This document shows positions 1 through 8,615 of a stretch of DNA of 32,000 nucleotides, piece after piece. The first letter of the stretch is position 1; every line of letters begins with the position of its first letter. Below the pieces are notes generated by a model, which worked only from the letters and a program-made list of their open reading frames with translations, searched no databases and was not told where the DNA came from. Made by a program: the position numbers and the translations under genes. Origin of the DNA: Clostridia bacterium DTU084 (lineage in GTDB: Bacteria; Bacillota; DTU084); NCBI GenBank assembly GCA_001512905.1, contig LFTB01000117.1, positions 4,252-36,251 on the forward strand, given 5' to 3'.

Positions 1-669
1 CGCCCCTTCTAACTGCTGCTTTGTTATAGCATCTTGGCTGTAGAGCTGCTCCATGCGCCCCAGGTTAGTCTGGGCACTTTGTGCCCGGGCCTTAGCGCTG
101 GCAAGGTTGGTCTCTGCTGCTTTCACTGCAGCTTCAGCCACAGAAACCTGCGTCTGGGCAGCATCGATCTGGGACTGGGTGCTGGTACGGTTCTCATACT
201 GGTGCTTTGCTGCGGCAAGGGCTTTTTCTGCGCTGTCCCTGGCTATCCGCGCCTGCTCCACTTGAGCTTGGGCCTGCTTGAGCTCGCTTGCGCTTACGCC
301 AGCTTGAAGTTGGGCAAGCCTCGCTTTGGCGCTGGCAAGTCCTGCCTCTGCTTGCCTGACAGCAGATCGGTAGTCTGTATCATCCAGACGCACCAGGACC
401 TGTCCGGCACGGACCTTATCTCCTACCTCAACATTAACTGCCAAAACCTTCCCTGCAGCTTTGGGCACGAGGTTGATCTCAAGCTCGCTTTTAATGGTGC
501 CAGCCACAGTGACGGTTTGGAGGAGATCTCCTTCTACAACTTGCGCCACCACAACTCCAACTTCTTCAGCTACAGCCTCGGGACTCTTGGCCCTTTTGCT
601 GATATTCCTCACTGCTGCAAGAACAACTATCAACAGGACAACTGCCAGCCAAATCCATTTCTTTTTCAT
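1..669 (-). CDS. Efflux transporter periplasmic adaptor (HlyD / membrane-fusion protein family), N-terminal part; the gene runs off the left edge
   Basis: Absent from the ORF track because there is no stop in the window. My own minus-strand translation from ATG 669 reads MKKKWIWLAVVLLIVVLAAVRNISKRAKSPEAVAEEVGVVVAQVVEGDLLQTVTVAGTIKSELEINLVPKAAGKVLAVNVEVGDKVRAGQVLVRLDDTDYRSAVRQAEAGLASAKARLAQLQAG... This shows a signal anchor, a lipoyl-like hairpin and a coiled coil typical of MFPs. ATGA overlap with the upstream TolC-like stop (666-669). Confidence 0.85.
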   Translation of the reverse strand, partial: MKKKWIWLAVVLLIVVLAAVRNISKRAKSPEAVAEEVGVVVAQVVEGDLLQTVTVAGTIKSELEINLVPKAAGKVLAVNVEVGDKVRAGQVLVRLDDTDYRSAVRQAEAGLASAKARLAQLQAGVSASELKQAQAQVEQARIARDSAEKALAAAKHQYENRTSTQSQIDAAQTQVSVAEAAVKAAETNLASAKARAQSAQTNLGRMEQLYSQDAITKQQLEGA

Positions 670-1976
670 CGGACAACCTCCCAAGCTTCTGGAATTTCCG
701 TGCCCAAGGCTGAAGTGAGTTTTTCCACTGCCAGATAATAATTGTTGATGGCACCGATTCGCTCCACCTGGGCCTGCCTCATAGCTGCCTGCGCTTCCAG
801 GACTTCAGTGAGCATCCCCACCCCTTCCCGGTAGCGGGCTTCAGCAATCCTCAAGTTGGTCTGCGCCTGCTCTACTGCCCGCTCTGTATAAGGCAATTTG
901 CCCTTTGCCTCTTTGAGACTCCCAACGGCAGCAGCAAGTTCAAGGGCGATTGCCTGCTCCAGCTGCTCTAAGGCAAGCTTAGCGCTGCGCACTCCAAGTT
1001 CTGCCTGCTCAATAGCAGCATTTTTTGCTCCGCCATCGAATATGGGGAGCCGCGCAGACAATGTTAAGGACCAATTTAGGTCTTCAAAGTCCAGCTCGCT
1101 GCCCTGCCAGCCGTAATTGCCCACGAGAGCAACTTGCGGCCTTTTCCCAGCTCTAGCCATTTCCACAGCAAGCTCAGCTTGGGCCAGGCCTATTTTGGCG
1201 GCCGCCATCTCTGGCCTGTTTTGGAGCGCAATTGCCAGGGCTTCCTCTTCGTTTACTGTCAGCAGTACCTCTGGTGCAGCAGGTGCTTCCACAGTAAAAC
1301 CTGCCAAGGATACACCTAAAACAGCTTCTAAATTTGCCCTGGCCAGGGCGGCACCATTTTCTGCAGCGAGCAAATTCTGCTTGAGGCTGCCCACTGCAAG
1401 CTCAGCCCGAAGCACATCTGTCTTCAGTACCGTCCCTGCCTCGTAAAAAGCCTGGGCTATAGCCAGCTGTTTTTCTGCTGTCTCAATTGCATTCTGGGTA
1501 ACTTTTACGAGCTCCTGGGCAGTGAGGTAATTGTAAAAGCTGGATGCAACCTGAAACTTCAGGTCCTTGAGGGCCCGGGCATACTCCTGCTCTGCTGCCT
1601 CGAGCTGCAGTTCTGCTGCTTTGGGGAGAACCTTGAGGCTCATGCCGGGGTATAGAGGTTGGGTGAGGCTCAGCTGCAGGCTGTAGTTGTTGGGGGAGCT
1701 GCTCAGCCCCGGCAGCTCTCCAAACCCAGGAATTGTTACTGGCGGCTGTTCTTTGATTCTCGTGTAAGAGCCACTTGCATCTATTGTGGGCAGAAGGCCT
1801 GCTTTTGCCTCTGAGAACCTGCTGTGCGCCTGTTCCACCGCAAGTTTCGCAAGTTGAAGCGAGAGGTTTTTCTCCAAGGCAATTCTCTGCGCTTCCTCCA
1901 ATGTAAGCTGGCCGCAGCTGGCGCTGCCTGCCGCAAGTCCTAAGATAACGAGTAGTGTTAAAAACTTCTGCTGCAC
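666..1976 (-). CDS. TolC-family outer membrane efflux protein (OEP), possible lipoprotein
   Basis: The 446-aa ORF 666..2006 has two OEP-type coiled-coil repeats (LTLEEAQRIALEKNLSLQ..., NYYLAVEKL...). The ATG at 2006 has no SD. The GTG at 1976 follows AAAGGAGGA and gives MQQKFLTLLVILGLAAGSASC, a signal peptide with a lipobox-like SASC. Confidence 0.85.
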   Translation of the reverse strand: MQQKFLTLLVILGLAAGSASCGQLTLEEAQRIALEKNLSLQLAKLAVEQAHSRFSEAKAGLLPTIDASGSYTRIKEQPPVTIPGFGELPGLSSSPNNYSLQLSLTQPLYPGMSLKVLPKAAELQLEAAEQEYARALKDLKFQVASSFYNYLTAQELVKVTQNAIETAEKQLAIAQAFYEAGTVLKTDVLRAELAVGSLKQNLLAAENGAALARANLEAVLGVSLAGFTVEAPAAPEVLLTVNEEEALAIALQNRPEMAAAKIGLAQAELAVEMARAGKRPQVALVGNYGWQGSELDFEDLNWSLTLSARLPIFDGGAKNAAIEQAELGVRSAKLALEQLEQAIALELAAAVGSLKEAKGKLPYTERAVEQAQTNLRIAEARYREGVGMLTEVLEAQAAMRQAQVERIGAINNYYLAVEKLTSALGTEIPEAWEVVR

Positions 1977-2037
1977 CAGGATCCTCCTTTCTGGAAATAA
2001 AAACATGGCAACTATTATTTAAGCTGATAATTTCAAA

Positions 2038-2082
2038 AGATAACTTCCATGGCAGTTCCAGCAATCCTGTTGGAAGTTATCT
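2038..2082 (-). promoter_or_regulatory. Perfect 12-bp inverted repeat (AGATAACTTCCA-N21-TGGAAGTTATCT) in the leader of the efflux operon, followed on the minus strand by TTTTG
   Basis: Read directly from the sequence. It lies between the predicted promoter (2124-2152) and the TolC-like start. It could be an RNA attenuator hairpin or a repressor operator. Confidence 0.4.
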
Positions 2083-2123
2083 CCATCTGCGCTAGGTGTC
2101 ATAACAGCCTAATACACTGATAT

Positions 2124-2152
2124 ATTGTAAAATAAAGCCAGAGCAAAGTCAA
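2124..2152 (-). promoter_or_regulatory. Sigma-A-type promoter of the TolC/HlyD efflux operon
   Basis: The minus strand reads TTGACT (2152-2147), a 17-nt spacer, then TACAAT (2129-2124). It sits just downstream of the alaS terminator. Confidence 0.55.
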
Positions 2153-2184
2153 GGAAAACAGGAATTTTTTCTCTTTGAAAAAAG

Positions 2185-2217
2185 GCAGCGAAAAAGGCTG
2201 TTCTCGCGAACAGCCTT
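2185..2217 (-). terminator. Rho-independent terminator of alaS
   Basis: The minus strand reads AAGGCTGTTC-GCGA-GAACAGCCTT (10-bp stem) followed by TTTCGCTGCCTTTTTTC. It starts 4 nt after the alaS stop. Confidence 0.7.
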
Positions 2218-2220
2218 GGT

Positions 2221-4836
2221 TTATCCTCTGAGGAGCTTCTCTATTTCTTCCCGTCCTTTCTCGAGGGCCTCAGGCACTTTCTCAGGATTCTTCCCGCCGG
2301 CTTGGGCTAGATCAGGCCTGCCGCCGCCACCGCCGCCAGCAACTGCTGCCACCTGCTTAATCAGTTTGCCTGCATGGACCCTCTCCACCAAGTCCGCTGT
2401 TGCCAAAGCCAGGAAGATCGCCTTCCCACCTTTGCGGCTCCCTAAAAGGGCAATGCCGCTTCCAAGTTCCTCACGGAGGCCATCTGCCAAAAGCTTCATG
2501 GCAGCAGCATCTGAGTCCACCTCTGCAGCTACCACCTTCACACCTTGGATATCTTCTGCTTCAGCTGCCAGCTGCTTGGCCTTCTGCGCCATGAGCCTGG
2601 CCTCTAAAGTTTCAAGCTTGCGAGCTAGCTCCTGCTCTCTCTCCAGCACCTGAGCAAGTTTCTCTAGAGCATCCTGGGGGCTTGCATTGAGCTTTTGTGC
2701 CATCTCCCGAAGGAGCCTCGCCTCTTCCTGCACTTTCAAAGTCGCTGCCTTCCCTGTAACTGCCTCGATTCTCCTCACGCCAGCTGCGATACTGCTCTCA
2801 GAGGTGATCTTGAAAAAGCCCAGCTGGCCTGTATGCTCTGCATGGGTGCCGCCGCACAGTTCTGCGCTCACCCCTGGGATGGAAACCACCCTCACCACAT
2901 CACCGTATTTTTCTGTAAAGAGGGCAACTGCCCCGCTGTCTAGAGCCTCATCGTGGGACATCTCCTCTGCCTGGACAGGATGGTTTTCCGAGATTAGATC
3001 GTTAACCTTCCGCTCCACCTGCTCTATCTCCTCTTGGGTCATGGCTTTGAAGTGTTTGAAGTCAAAGCGGAGATAGTCAGGAGCAACGAGAGATCCTGCC
3101 TGCTCCACGTGCTCTCCCAAAACCTTTCTGAGGGCTGCATGGAGGAGGTGTGTGGCAGTGTGATTGCGGCAGTTGGCGCTTCTCCTTGCGGTGTCGATTT
3201 CCGCCACGAGCTCATCGCCAACTGTGACAATACCTTCCTCTAGTACTCCTCGATGCACGATGAGGTTTTCCACAGGACTGCGCACGGCTTTAACCTGAAA
3301 GCGGATCTGACCATTGCCTATTGTGCCCTGGTCTGCAACCTGGCCGCCGCTTTCAGCATAAAATGGCGTCTCGTCTAGAATCAGCTCCAGCTCCCCAGGG
3401 CCTGCCTCCTCCACTGCCTCGCCGTCCTTGATGATGGCAAGGACGCGGCCTTTACCTTTGGCATTCTCGTAGCCTGTGAACTTGCTGGTAATGCCGTTTT
3501 GGTTCACAAGCTCTGCGTAAATGCCGGCTTCGTTATCCAAATAGCCTGTTTTGGTCCTGGCAGAGCGGGCCCTTTGCCTCTGCTCTTCCATGGCCTGGGC
3601 AAACCCAGCCTCGTCCACTGTATAGCCCCGCTCCTTGGCGATTTCAGAGGTAAGCTCCAGAGGAAAGCCGTAAGTATCGTAAAGCTTAAAAGCGTCCTCT
3701 CCTGAGATCTCTTTGTTCTGGCAAGCTGCCATCAGCTCTTCGAGCCTCTCAAGGCCTGTTGCCAAAGTGGCAGCGAAGCGCTCTTCCTCCTGAACAAGGA
3801 CGCTAACGATCTTGTCCTGCCTTGTCAGAAGTTCTGAGTATCCTGTGGCCATCACGTGGATGATTTTCTCAGCAAGCTTGCCTAAGAACAAGCCTTCAAT
3901 TCCCAAGAGCTTTCCGTGGCGGATGGAGCGGCGGATGAGCCTGCGCATCACATAGCCCCTGCCTTCATTGGAGGGAATGACGCCGTCAGAAGCGAGAAAA
4001 GTGGCAGCCCGCATGTGATCAGTAATCACCCGTACGGAGACAGGGTTTTCTTTGCTTGCCAGCCCCTCTACAAAAGAGGCGATTTCCCGCATGTTGTCGA
4101 TCTCGAAAATGCTCTCTTTGCCCTGCATAATGGCTGCGATCCGCTCAAGCCCCATGCCAGTGTCGATGCCTTTCTGCGCCAGGGGGTGGTAGTTGCCTTC
4201 CTCGTCCTGGAAAAACTGAATGAAGACCAGATTCCAAAACTCTAAAAAGCGGTCGCAGTCGCAGGCCACAGAGCAGTCCTCCCTGCCGCAGCCGTGCCCA
4301 GGACCCCTGTCTATGTGGATCTCAGAGCATGGGCCGCAGGGTCCCACGCCGATTTCCCAGAAATTGTCTTCCTTGCCCAGGCGCACGATCCTGTCTTCAG
4401 GCACTCCGATCTCCCGGTTCCAGATCTCAAAGGCCTCGTCGTCGTCTAGGTAGATAGTGATCCAAAGCTTCTCCCGGGGGATCTCGAGCCTCTCTGTGAC
4501 AAACTCCCAAGCCCAGGCGATAGCTTCTTTTTTAAAATAAGCGCCAAAGGAAAAATTGCCCAGCATCTCAAAAAAAGTGCCGTGTCGGGCAGTGACGCCA
4601 ACCTGGTCCAGATCTGCCGTCCGCAGACACCTCTGGCAGGTGGTAACCATCCTGTGTTCAGGCACCTTTTTTCCCAAAAAATAAGGCTTGAAAGGCACCA
4701 TGCCTGCGCCTGTCAGAAGCAGGGTGGGATCTCCCTTTGGAATCAGGGAGGCACTAGGCAGGATCTTGTGCCCCTTCTCCTGGAAAAACTCTAAGAACAT
4801 CTGCCGCAACTGGTCAACTGTAAACAAACCTTGCAC
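2221..4836 (-). CDS. alaS: Alanine--tRNA ligase
   Basis: 871 aa. Class II core (FFQEKGHKILPSASLIP, RHGTFFEMLGNFSFG), editing-domain HxxxH (HTATHLLHAAL), and a C-terminal DHHA1-type GGGGGGRPDLAQAGG. GTG start at 4836; a TTG 9 nt downstream is also possible. Confidence 0.97.
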   Translation of the reverse strand: MQGLFTVDQLRQMFLEFFQEKGHKILPSASLIPKGDPTLLLTGAGMVPFKPYFLGKKVPEHRMVTTCQRCLRTADLDQVGVTARHGTFFEMLGNFSFGAYFKKEAIAWAWEFVTERLEIPREKLWITIYLDDDEAFEIWNREIGVPEDRIVRLGKEDNFWEIGVGPCGPCSEIHIDRGPGHGCGREDCSVACDCDRFLEFWNLVFIQFFQDEEGNYHPLAQKGIDTGMGLERIAAIMQGKESIFEIDNMREIASFVEGLASKENPVSVRVITDHMRAATFLASDGVIPSNEGRGYVMRRLIRRSIRHGKLLGIEGLFLGKLAEKIIHVMATGYSELLTRQDKIVSVLVQEEERFAATLATGLERLEELMAACQNKEISGEDAFKLYDTYGFPLELTSEIAKERGYTVDEAGFAQAMEEQRQRARSARTKTGYLDNEAGIYAELVNQNGITSKFTGYENAKGKGRVLAIIKDGEAVEEAGPGELELILDETPFYAESGGQVADQGTIGNGQIRFQVKAVRSPVENLIVHRGVLEEGIVTVGDELVAEIDTARRSANCRNHTATHLLHAALRKVLGEHVEQAGSLVAPDYLRFDFKHFKAMTQEEIEQVERKVNDLISENHPVQAEEMSHDEALDSGAVALFTEKYGDVVRVVSIPGVSAELCGGTHAEHTGQLGFFKITSESSIAAGVRRIEAVTGKAATLKVQEEARLLREMAQKLNASPQDALEKLAQVLEREQELARKLETLEARLMAQKAKQLAAEAEDIQGVKVVAAEVDSDAAAMKLLADGLREELGSGIALLGSRKGGKAIFLALATADLVERVHAGKLIKQVAAVAGGGGGGRPDLAQAGGKNPEKVPEALEKGREEIEKLLRG

Positions 4837-4870
4837 GCTCCTCTAGTTTCTTCTCTTACCAATTTAATCC

Positions 4871-6085
4871 TCAAATGGTATCTTTGTCAATATCATTTAT
4901 CAACTCTGTCACGACGCAATTGGCCCTGCCTTGGTGGAAAACCAGCTCCACTTCATCTTCCACCGCAAGGTCCCTGCTCGAGATGACAGCTTTCCCTTCC
5001 CGCAGGCAAATGCTGTAGCCCCGCTCCAAAGTAGCCAAAGGCGAAAGCTGCTGGAGGCTGCTTGCGTAAAAGCGCAGGCTTTCTTTGGCTTCCCGGAGCC
5101 GCCGGGCCATGGCCTGCTCTAAAGCTTGCCCAAGCTCATCCAGGCGCTGCTGCTTTTCAGCGAAAAGCTCCTCTTTCCGCTGAAAGATCCTGGACTTTGC
5201 AATGGCCTGGAGCTTTTTTTTAGCGAAACGCACCACGCCCAAAAGCCCGTAGCACAGGCGGGAGTGGTAGTCTCGAAGCTGCGCCAGGATCTGCCCCAGC
5301 TCCTGCACTGCCATCTCTGCAGCTGCAGACGGGGTGGGCGCCCGCAAGTCCGCCACAAAATCCGCGATTGTAAAGTCCACTTCATGCCCCACAGCGCTGA
5401 TCACAGGCAGCGGGCACTCGTAAATCGCCCTGGCCACACTCTCTTCATTGAAGGGCCAGAGGTCTTCCAGTGACCCTCCTCCCCTGGCCACAATGATCAG
5501 ATCCACATTGCCAGCATCCTCTAAAAGCTTGAGGGCTCTTACGATGCTGGCCGCTGCAGCATCTCCCTGCACCAGAGCAGGAGATAAGACCACCTCTATG
5601 CTGGGCCAGCGCCGCTTAAGCACAGAGAGAAGGTCCCGGATGGCAGCGCCTGTTGGAGAACTGACAATCCCTATTCTCTTCGGAAACAAAGGCAGGGCTT
5701 TTTTCCGCTCCTGGTCAAAAAGCCCTTCTTTTGACAATTTATTCTTAAGCTGCTCGAAAGCGAGGGCCAGTGCCCCCTGCCCCAGGGGAACCAGCTCGTG
5801 GACGTAGAGCTGATACTGTCCTCCCCGCTCGTAAACTCCTATTCTGCCCAGGGCCAAAACTTCCTCACCGTCTTGCGGCTCAAAGGGGAGCCTTGCAGCA
5901 TAAGAGCGGAACATCACGCACCGCAAGGAAGCCTCTTCGTCTTTCATGGTGAAATACAAATGGCCTGAAGAGTGGCGTTTGTAATTTGAGATCTCCCCCC
6001 GCACCAGCACGTCCTGCAAAAGCAGGTCCGACTCCAGCCTTGCTTTGATCTTTGCTGTAAGCTCGCTGACGGTGACGCTGATCAT
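4871..6085 (-). CDS. xseA: Exodeoxyribonuclease VII large subunit
   Basis: N-terminal OB fold (VSELTAKIKARLESD...VRGEISNYKRHSSGHLYFTMKD), catalytic core (IIVARGGGSLEDLWPFNEE) and a coiled-coil tail. I chose ATG 6085 (MISVTV), which lies after the stop of the upstream gene. The ORF-track GTG at 6100 overlaps that gene. Confidence 0.93.
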   Translation of the reverse strand: MISVTVSELTAKIKARLESDLLLQDVLVRGEISNYKRHSSGHLYFTMKDEEASLRCVMFRSYAARLPFEPQDGEEVLALGRIGVYERGGQYQLYVHELVPLGQGALALAFEQLKNKLSKEGLFDQERKKALPLFPKRIGIVSSPTGAAIRDLLSVLKRRWPSIEVVLSPALVQGDAAAASIVRALKLLEDAGNVDLIIVARGGGSLEDLWPFNEESVARAIYECPLPVISAVGHEVDFTIADFVADLRAPTPSAAAEMAVQELGQILAQLRDYHSRLCYGLLGVVRFAKKKLQAIAKSRIFQRKEELFAEKQQRLDELGQALEQAMARRLREAKESLRFYASSLQQLSPLATLERGYSICLREGKAVISSRDLAVEDEVELVFHQGRANCVVTELINDIDKDTI

Positions 6086-6087
6086 TT

Positions 6088-7014
6088 CTATTCCCTGCAC
6101 CCTAACGCCTCCCTGGCTGCCACTGCCACCCCAACAGCATTATCTGTGCTATAGCGTGGATCTGCAAAATACAGCTTGAAGCCCGGCAGCTTCTCCTGTA
6201 AGAAACTGCGCAAGATCCCGTTGGCAGTAACTCCTCCAACAAAGAGAACGGAATCTGCTCCGTGTTCTGCTTTCGCCTTCTCCAGCGCCTTCACAACTCC
6301 CCTGCCCACTGCCAGAAGCACAGCCAATGCTACATCACCTGGCTCAGCTCCTTCCTCCATGGCCCGGACTGCTGCAGATTCAGGCCCGCTGAAGCTGAGG
6401 TCGTAGCCGCGAATGGGAGCAGGAAACGTCACCTTCCCCCTTCTGCCTTTTCTTGCCAGCTCTTCAAGTTCAGGCCCGGCAGGAAAGGAAAGCCCCAGGC
6501 GCACCCCGATCCGGTCTATGAACTGGCCTGCGTGAAGGTCCATGCTGCTGCCCAAGGTGCGGATTTCCTTCATGCCATTTGGGAGCAGCAGCAAATCTGT
6601 TGTGCCGCCTGAGATGTGAAAAGCCAGCCACTTTCCTTGGGGCCTCAGGCCGCAGGACCAAAACCCAGCCCACAGGTGGCCTTCCTGATGGCTGGTGGCG
6701 ATAAAAGGGCAGCCGAGGCTCCCTGCTATGGACTGAGCTACTGTTGTGCCTGCCTGGAAAACCGGCATGTACGAATCAGGAGTGGGCCTGGGCTTTGTGC
6801 TGGCTGCCACAGCTTTAATTCCTTTCAGCTTCAGTTGGGAAATTAGAGGCGGGAGGTTCTTAAGATGCTGAAAAAGGGCTTCAGACTGCCGAAGCCCCCG
6901 TTTGCCCAAAGGCACTGTGAGGATAGTTCTTTTCTCCACCAGCTCTTCGCCTGACAGGTACGCGACTGAGGTTGTGTAGCAGCTGGTGTCTATGCCTAAA
7001 TACCCCAACTTCAA
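6088..7014 (-). CDS. Kae1/TsaD-family (peptidase M22 glycoprotease-like, ASKHA fold) protein; short paralogue of unknown role
   Basis: 308 aa. Motifs: GIDTSCYTTSVA (like TsaD GIETSCDET), SHQEGH (HxxxH metal motif), GGVTANGILR and STDNAVGVA (like TsaD GGVAAN / TDNAAMI). TTG start 7014 overlaps the nusB stop (TTGA). Confidence 0.8.
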   Translation of the reverse strand: MKLGYLGIDTSCYTTSVAYLSGEELVEKRTILTVPLGKRGLRQSEALFQHLKNLPPLISQLKLKGIKAVAASTKPRPTPDSYMPVFQAGTTVAQSIAGSLGCPFIATSHQEGHLWAGFWSCGLRPQGKWLAFHISGGTTDLLLLPNGMKEIRTLGSSMDLHAGQFIDRIGVRLGLSFPAGPELEELARKGRRGKVTFPAPIRGYDLSFSGPESAAVRAMEEGAEPGDVALAVLLAVGRGVVKALEKAKAEHGADSVLFVGGVTANGILRSFLQEKLPGFKLYFADPRYSTDNAVGVAVAAREALGCRE

Positions 7015-7448
7015 GCCTCTCTTTCCCTGATGGCGCTGCCGATAATGCCGTTGACGAAGCGCCTTGCGTTGTCGTCCCCGTATTTTTTGGCAAGCTCTAC
7101 CGCCTCATTGGCCACAATGCTCGGCGCCACTTCCCCAGTGTTCAGCTCGCCTAAGGCAAGCCTCAAGATCGCCCGCTCCACAGAGCCAATTCTCTCCAGG
7201 GGCCAATCCCTGGCGAGGCGGGCGATCTGCGCATCCAGCTCCACCTGGTTTTCCAGGGCAATCTCCACAAGCTCCCTGACAAAGGCGCGCTCATCTTGTT
7301 CGATTGGCCCGCAGAAACAGTCAGGATCTGGATCCTCTGGCTCGTTGCGCTGCCAAGCAGCCTCTAAAGCTTCCTCTGGGTCGTTTGCACCCTCTGTAAT
7401 TTGATATAAAACCTGAAGGGCCACTTCCCGGGCCGCGCGTCTGCTCAA
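7011..7448 (-). CDS. nusB: Transcription antitermination factor NusB
   Basis: SRRAAREVALQVLYQ... and ERIGSVERAILRLALGEL... are typical of NusB. The ORF extends to TTG 7484, but TTG 7448 (LSRRAA) sits 8 nt after GAGGAGG and avoids overlap with the upstream gene. Confidence 0.9.
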   Translation of the reverse strand: MSRRAAREVALQVLYQITEGANDPEEALEAAWQRNEPEDPDPDCFCGPIEQDERAFVRELVEIALENQVELDAQIARLARDWPLERIGSVERAILRLALGELNTGEVAPSIVANEAVELAKKYGDDNARRFVNGIIGSAIREREA

Positions 7449-7461
7449 GGGCAGTTCCTCC

Positions 7462-7659
7462 TCAATCCCAACTGCCGCCGTCAAGGCGGGAACCTACCAT
7501 ATATCCCAGGACTATGCAGATAAGCAAAAAGAGTGCTTTCCAAAAACCAAAGCTGACAATTATTATCCCCAAAATCAAACCGACAGCAGCGCCTACAAGT
7601 TTGCCCCAATTCCGCGCCAAGATTCCTGTTACCTCAGCCCAAAAATCCACCCTTCTCAC
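7462..7659 (-). CDS. Small integral membrane protein (DUF2273 family), member of the Asp23 cluster
   Basis: 65 aa with NWGKLVGAAVGLILGIIIVSFGFWKALFLLICIVLGYMVG (two TM helices). It sits after amaP as in other Firmicutes. The start is GTG 7659 or GTG 7650. Confidence 0.8.
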   Translation of the reverse strand: MRRVDFWAEVTGILARNWGKLVGAAVGLILGIIIVSFGFWKALFLLICIVLGYMVGSRLDGGSWD

Positions 7660-7668
7660 CTCTCAAAA

Positions 7669-8202
7669 CTAATTCACTCTGGAGCGTATGGGCTCAGCTA
7701 CATTCCGCACCAGCACGTTGACCTGTTTGGGAGCAATGCCAACAGTCTGCTGGATGTATGAGCTTACAGCCTCCTGCACCTGACTTGTCAGTTCAGGCAG
7801 GGAAAGGTCCGAGGCCACAAGCAATTTCAAGTTCACGGACAAGCCGAGCTTGTCCACTGAAAGGTCTGTTTTAATCTCCCGCACCCCGCGTATGGACAGT
7901 GCAGCTTTTCTCACCAGAGAATCCACTGCCTCCATCCCCACCCGGACCTGCCCGAGATCGGTTTCTGCGACCACGCCCTTTGGCTGGCCGGGACTGGTGA
8001 GGGAGAAGCAGAGAAGCGCCACAGCGAGGGTGGTGAGGAAAATAGCGGCGATGTAGAGATCGCCTGTGCGCATCGCCCTGTCCAAGACACCCAGGATCTC
8101 ACCTGGCGCATACCACGCTGCAAGATATCCCCAAAGGCCTAAGGCAGCGGCCGAAATCACAACCGCTGCCACAAACAACAAGATCCGATCCACAGTTCGC
8201 AT
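7669..8202 (-). CDS. amaP: Alkaline shock response membrane anchor protein AmaP
   Basis: 177 aa with two N-terminal TM helices and then a soluble domain. It lies directly downstream of the Asp23-family gene. Confidence 0.8.
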   Translation of the reverse strand: MRTVDRILLFVAAVVISAAALGLWGYLAAWYAPGEILGVLDRAMRTGDLYIAAIFLTTLAVALLCFSLTSPGQPKGVVAETDLGQVRVGMEAVDSLVRKAALSIRGVREIKTDLSVDKLGLSVNLKLLVASDLSLPELTSQVQEAVSSYIQQTVGIAPKQVNVLVRNVAEPIRSRVN

Positions 8203-8214
8203 CAGTTAGGCCTC

Positions 8215-8601
8215 CTATCGTACCCTAGAACGGTCTTCTTCCTCTTGCTCTGCAAACTTAACCCCCTGTACGTGTACGTTCACTTCCACCACAGACAAAC
8301 CTGTCATGCTCTCCACAGCACGCTTGACGTTCTCCTGGATCTGCCAGGCGACATCGGGGATACGCACGCCGTAGTCTACAATCACAAACAAATCGATGGC
8401 AGCTTCTTTCTCCCCAACCTCAACCTTGACCCCTTTGGCCAAATTCTTCATGCCTAGGGCTTCGGTGATGCCGCCAGCAATGCCGCCGCTCATGCTGTAC
8501 ACACCGCTGATCTCAGTTGCAGCCAAGCCTGCAATTATCCCCACAACCTCATTGGCAATTTTAATCGTTCCCCACTGACTACGTTCGTTGATCTCTTCCA
8601 T
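8215..8601 (-). CDS. asp23: Asp23/Gls24-family envelope stress protein
   Basis: 128 aa with GTIKIANEVVGIIAGLAATEISGV...VEVGEKEAAIDLFVIVDYGVRIPDVAWQIQENVKRAVESMTGL, the canonical DUF322/Asp23 pattern. Confidence 0.9.
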   Translation of the reverse strand: MEEINERSQWGTIKIANEVVGIIAGLAATEISGVYSMSGGIAGGITEALGMKNLAKGVKVEVGEKEAAIDLFVIVDYGVRIPDVAWQIQENVKRAVESMTGLSVVEVNVHVQGVKFAEQEEEDRSRVR

Positions 8602-8615
8602 TTTGCCACCTCCGT

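Noticed and set aside
34-738. A 234-aa plus-strand ORF, plus the overlapping plus-strand ORFs 53..265 and 461..718.
   Set aside because: It is antisense to a clearly recognisable HlyD-type adaptor gene (1..669, minus). Its translation is Cys/Leu/Gly-rich with no motif, as expected for the reverse frame of a GC-biased gene.
4837-4870. A T-box leader or a missing xseB ORF between xseA and alaS.
   Set aside because: Only 34 nt are available, which is too short for either.
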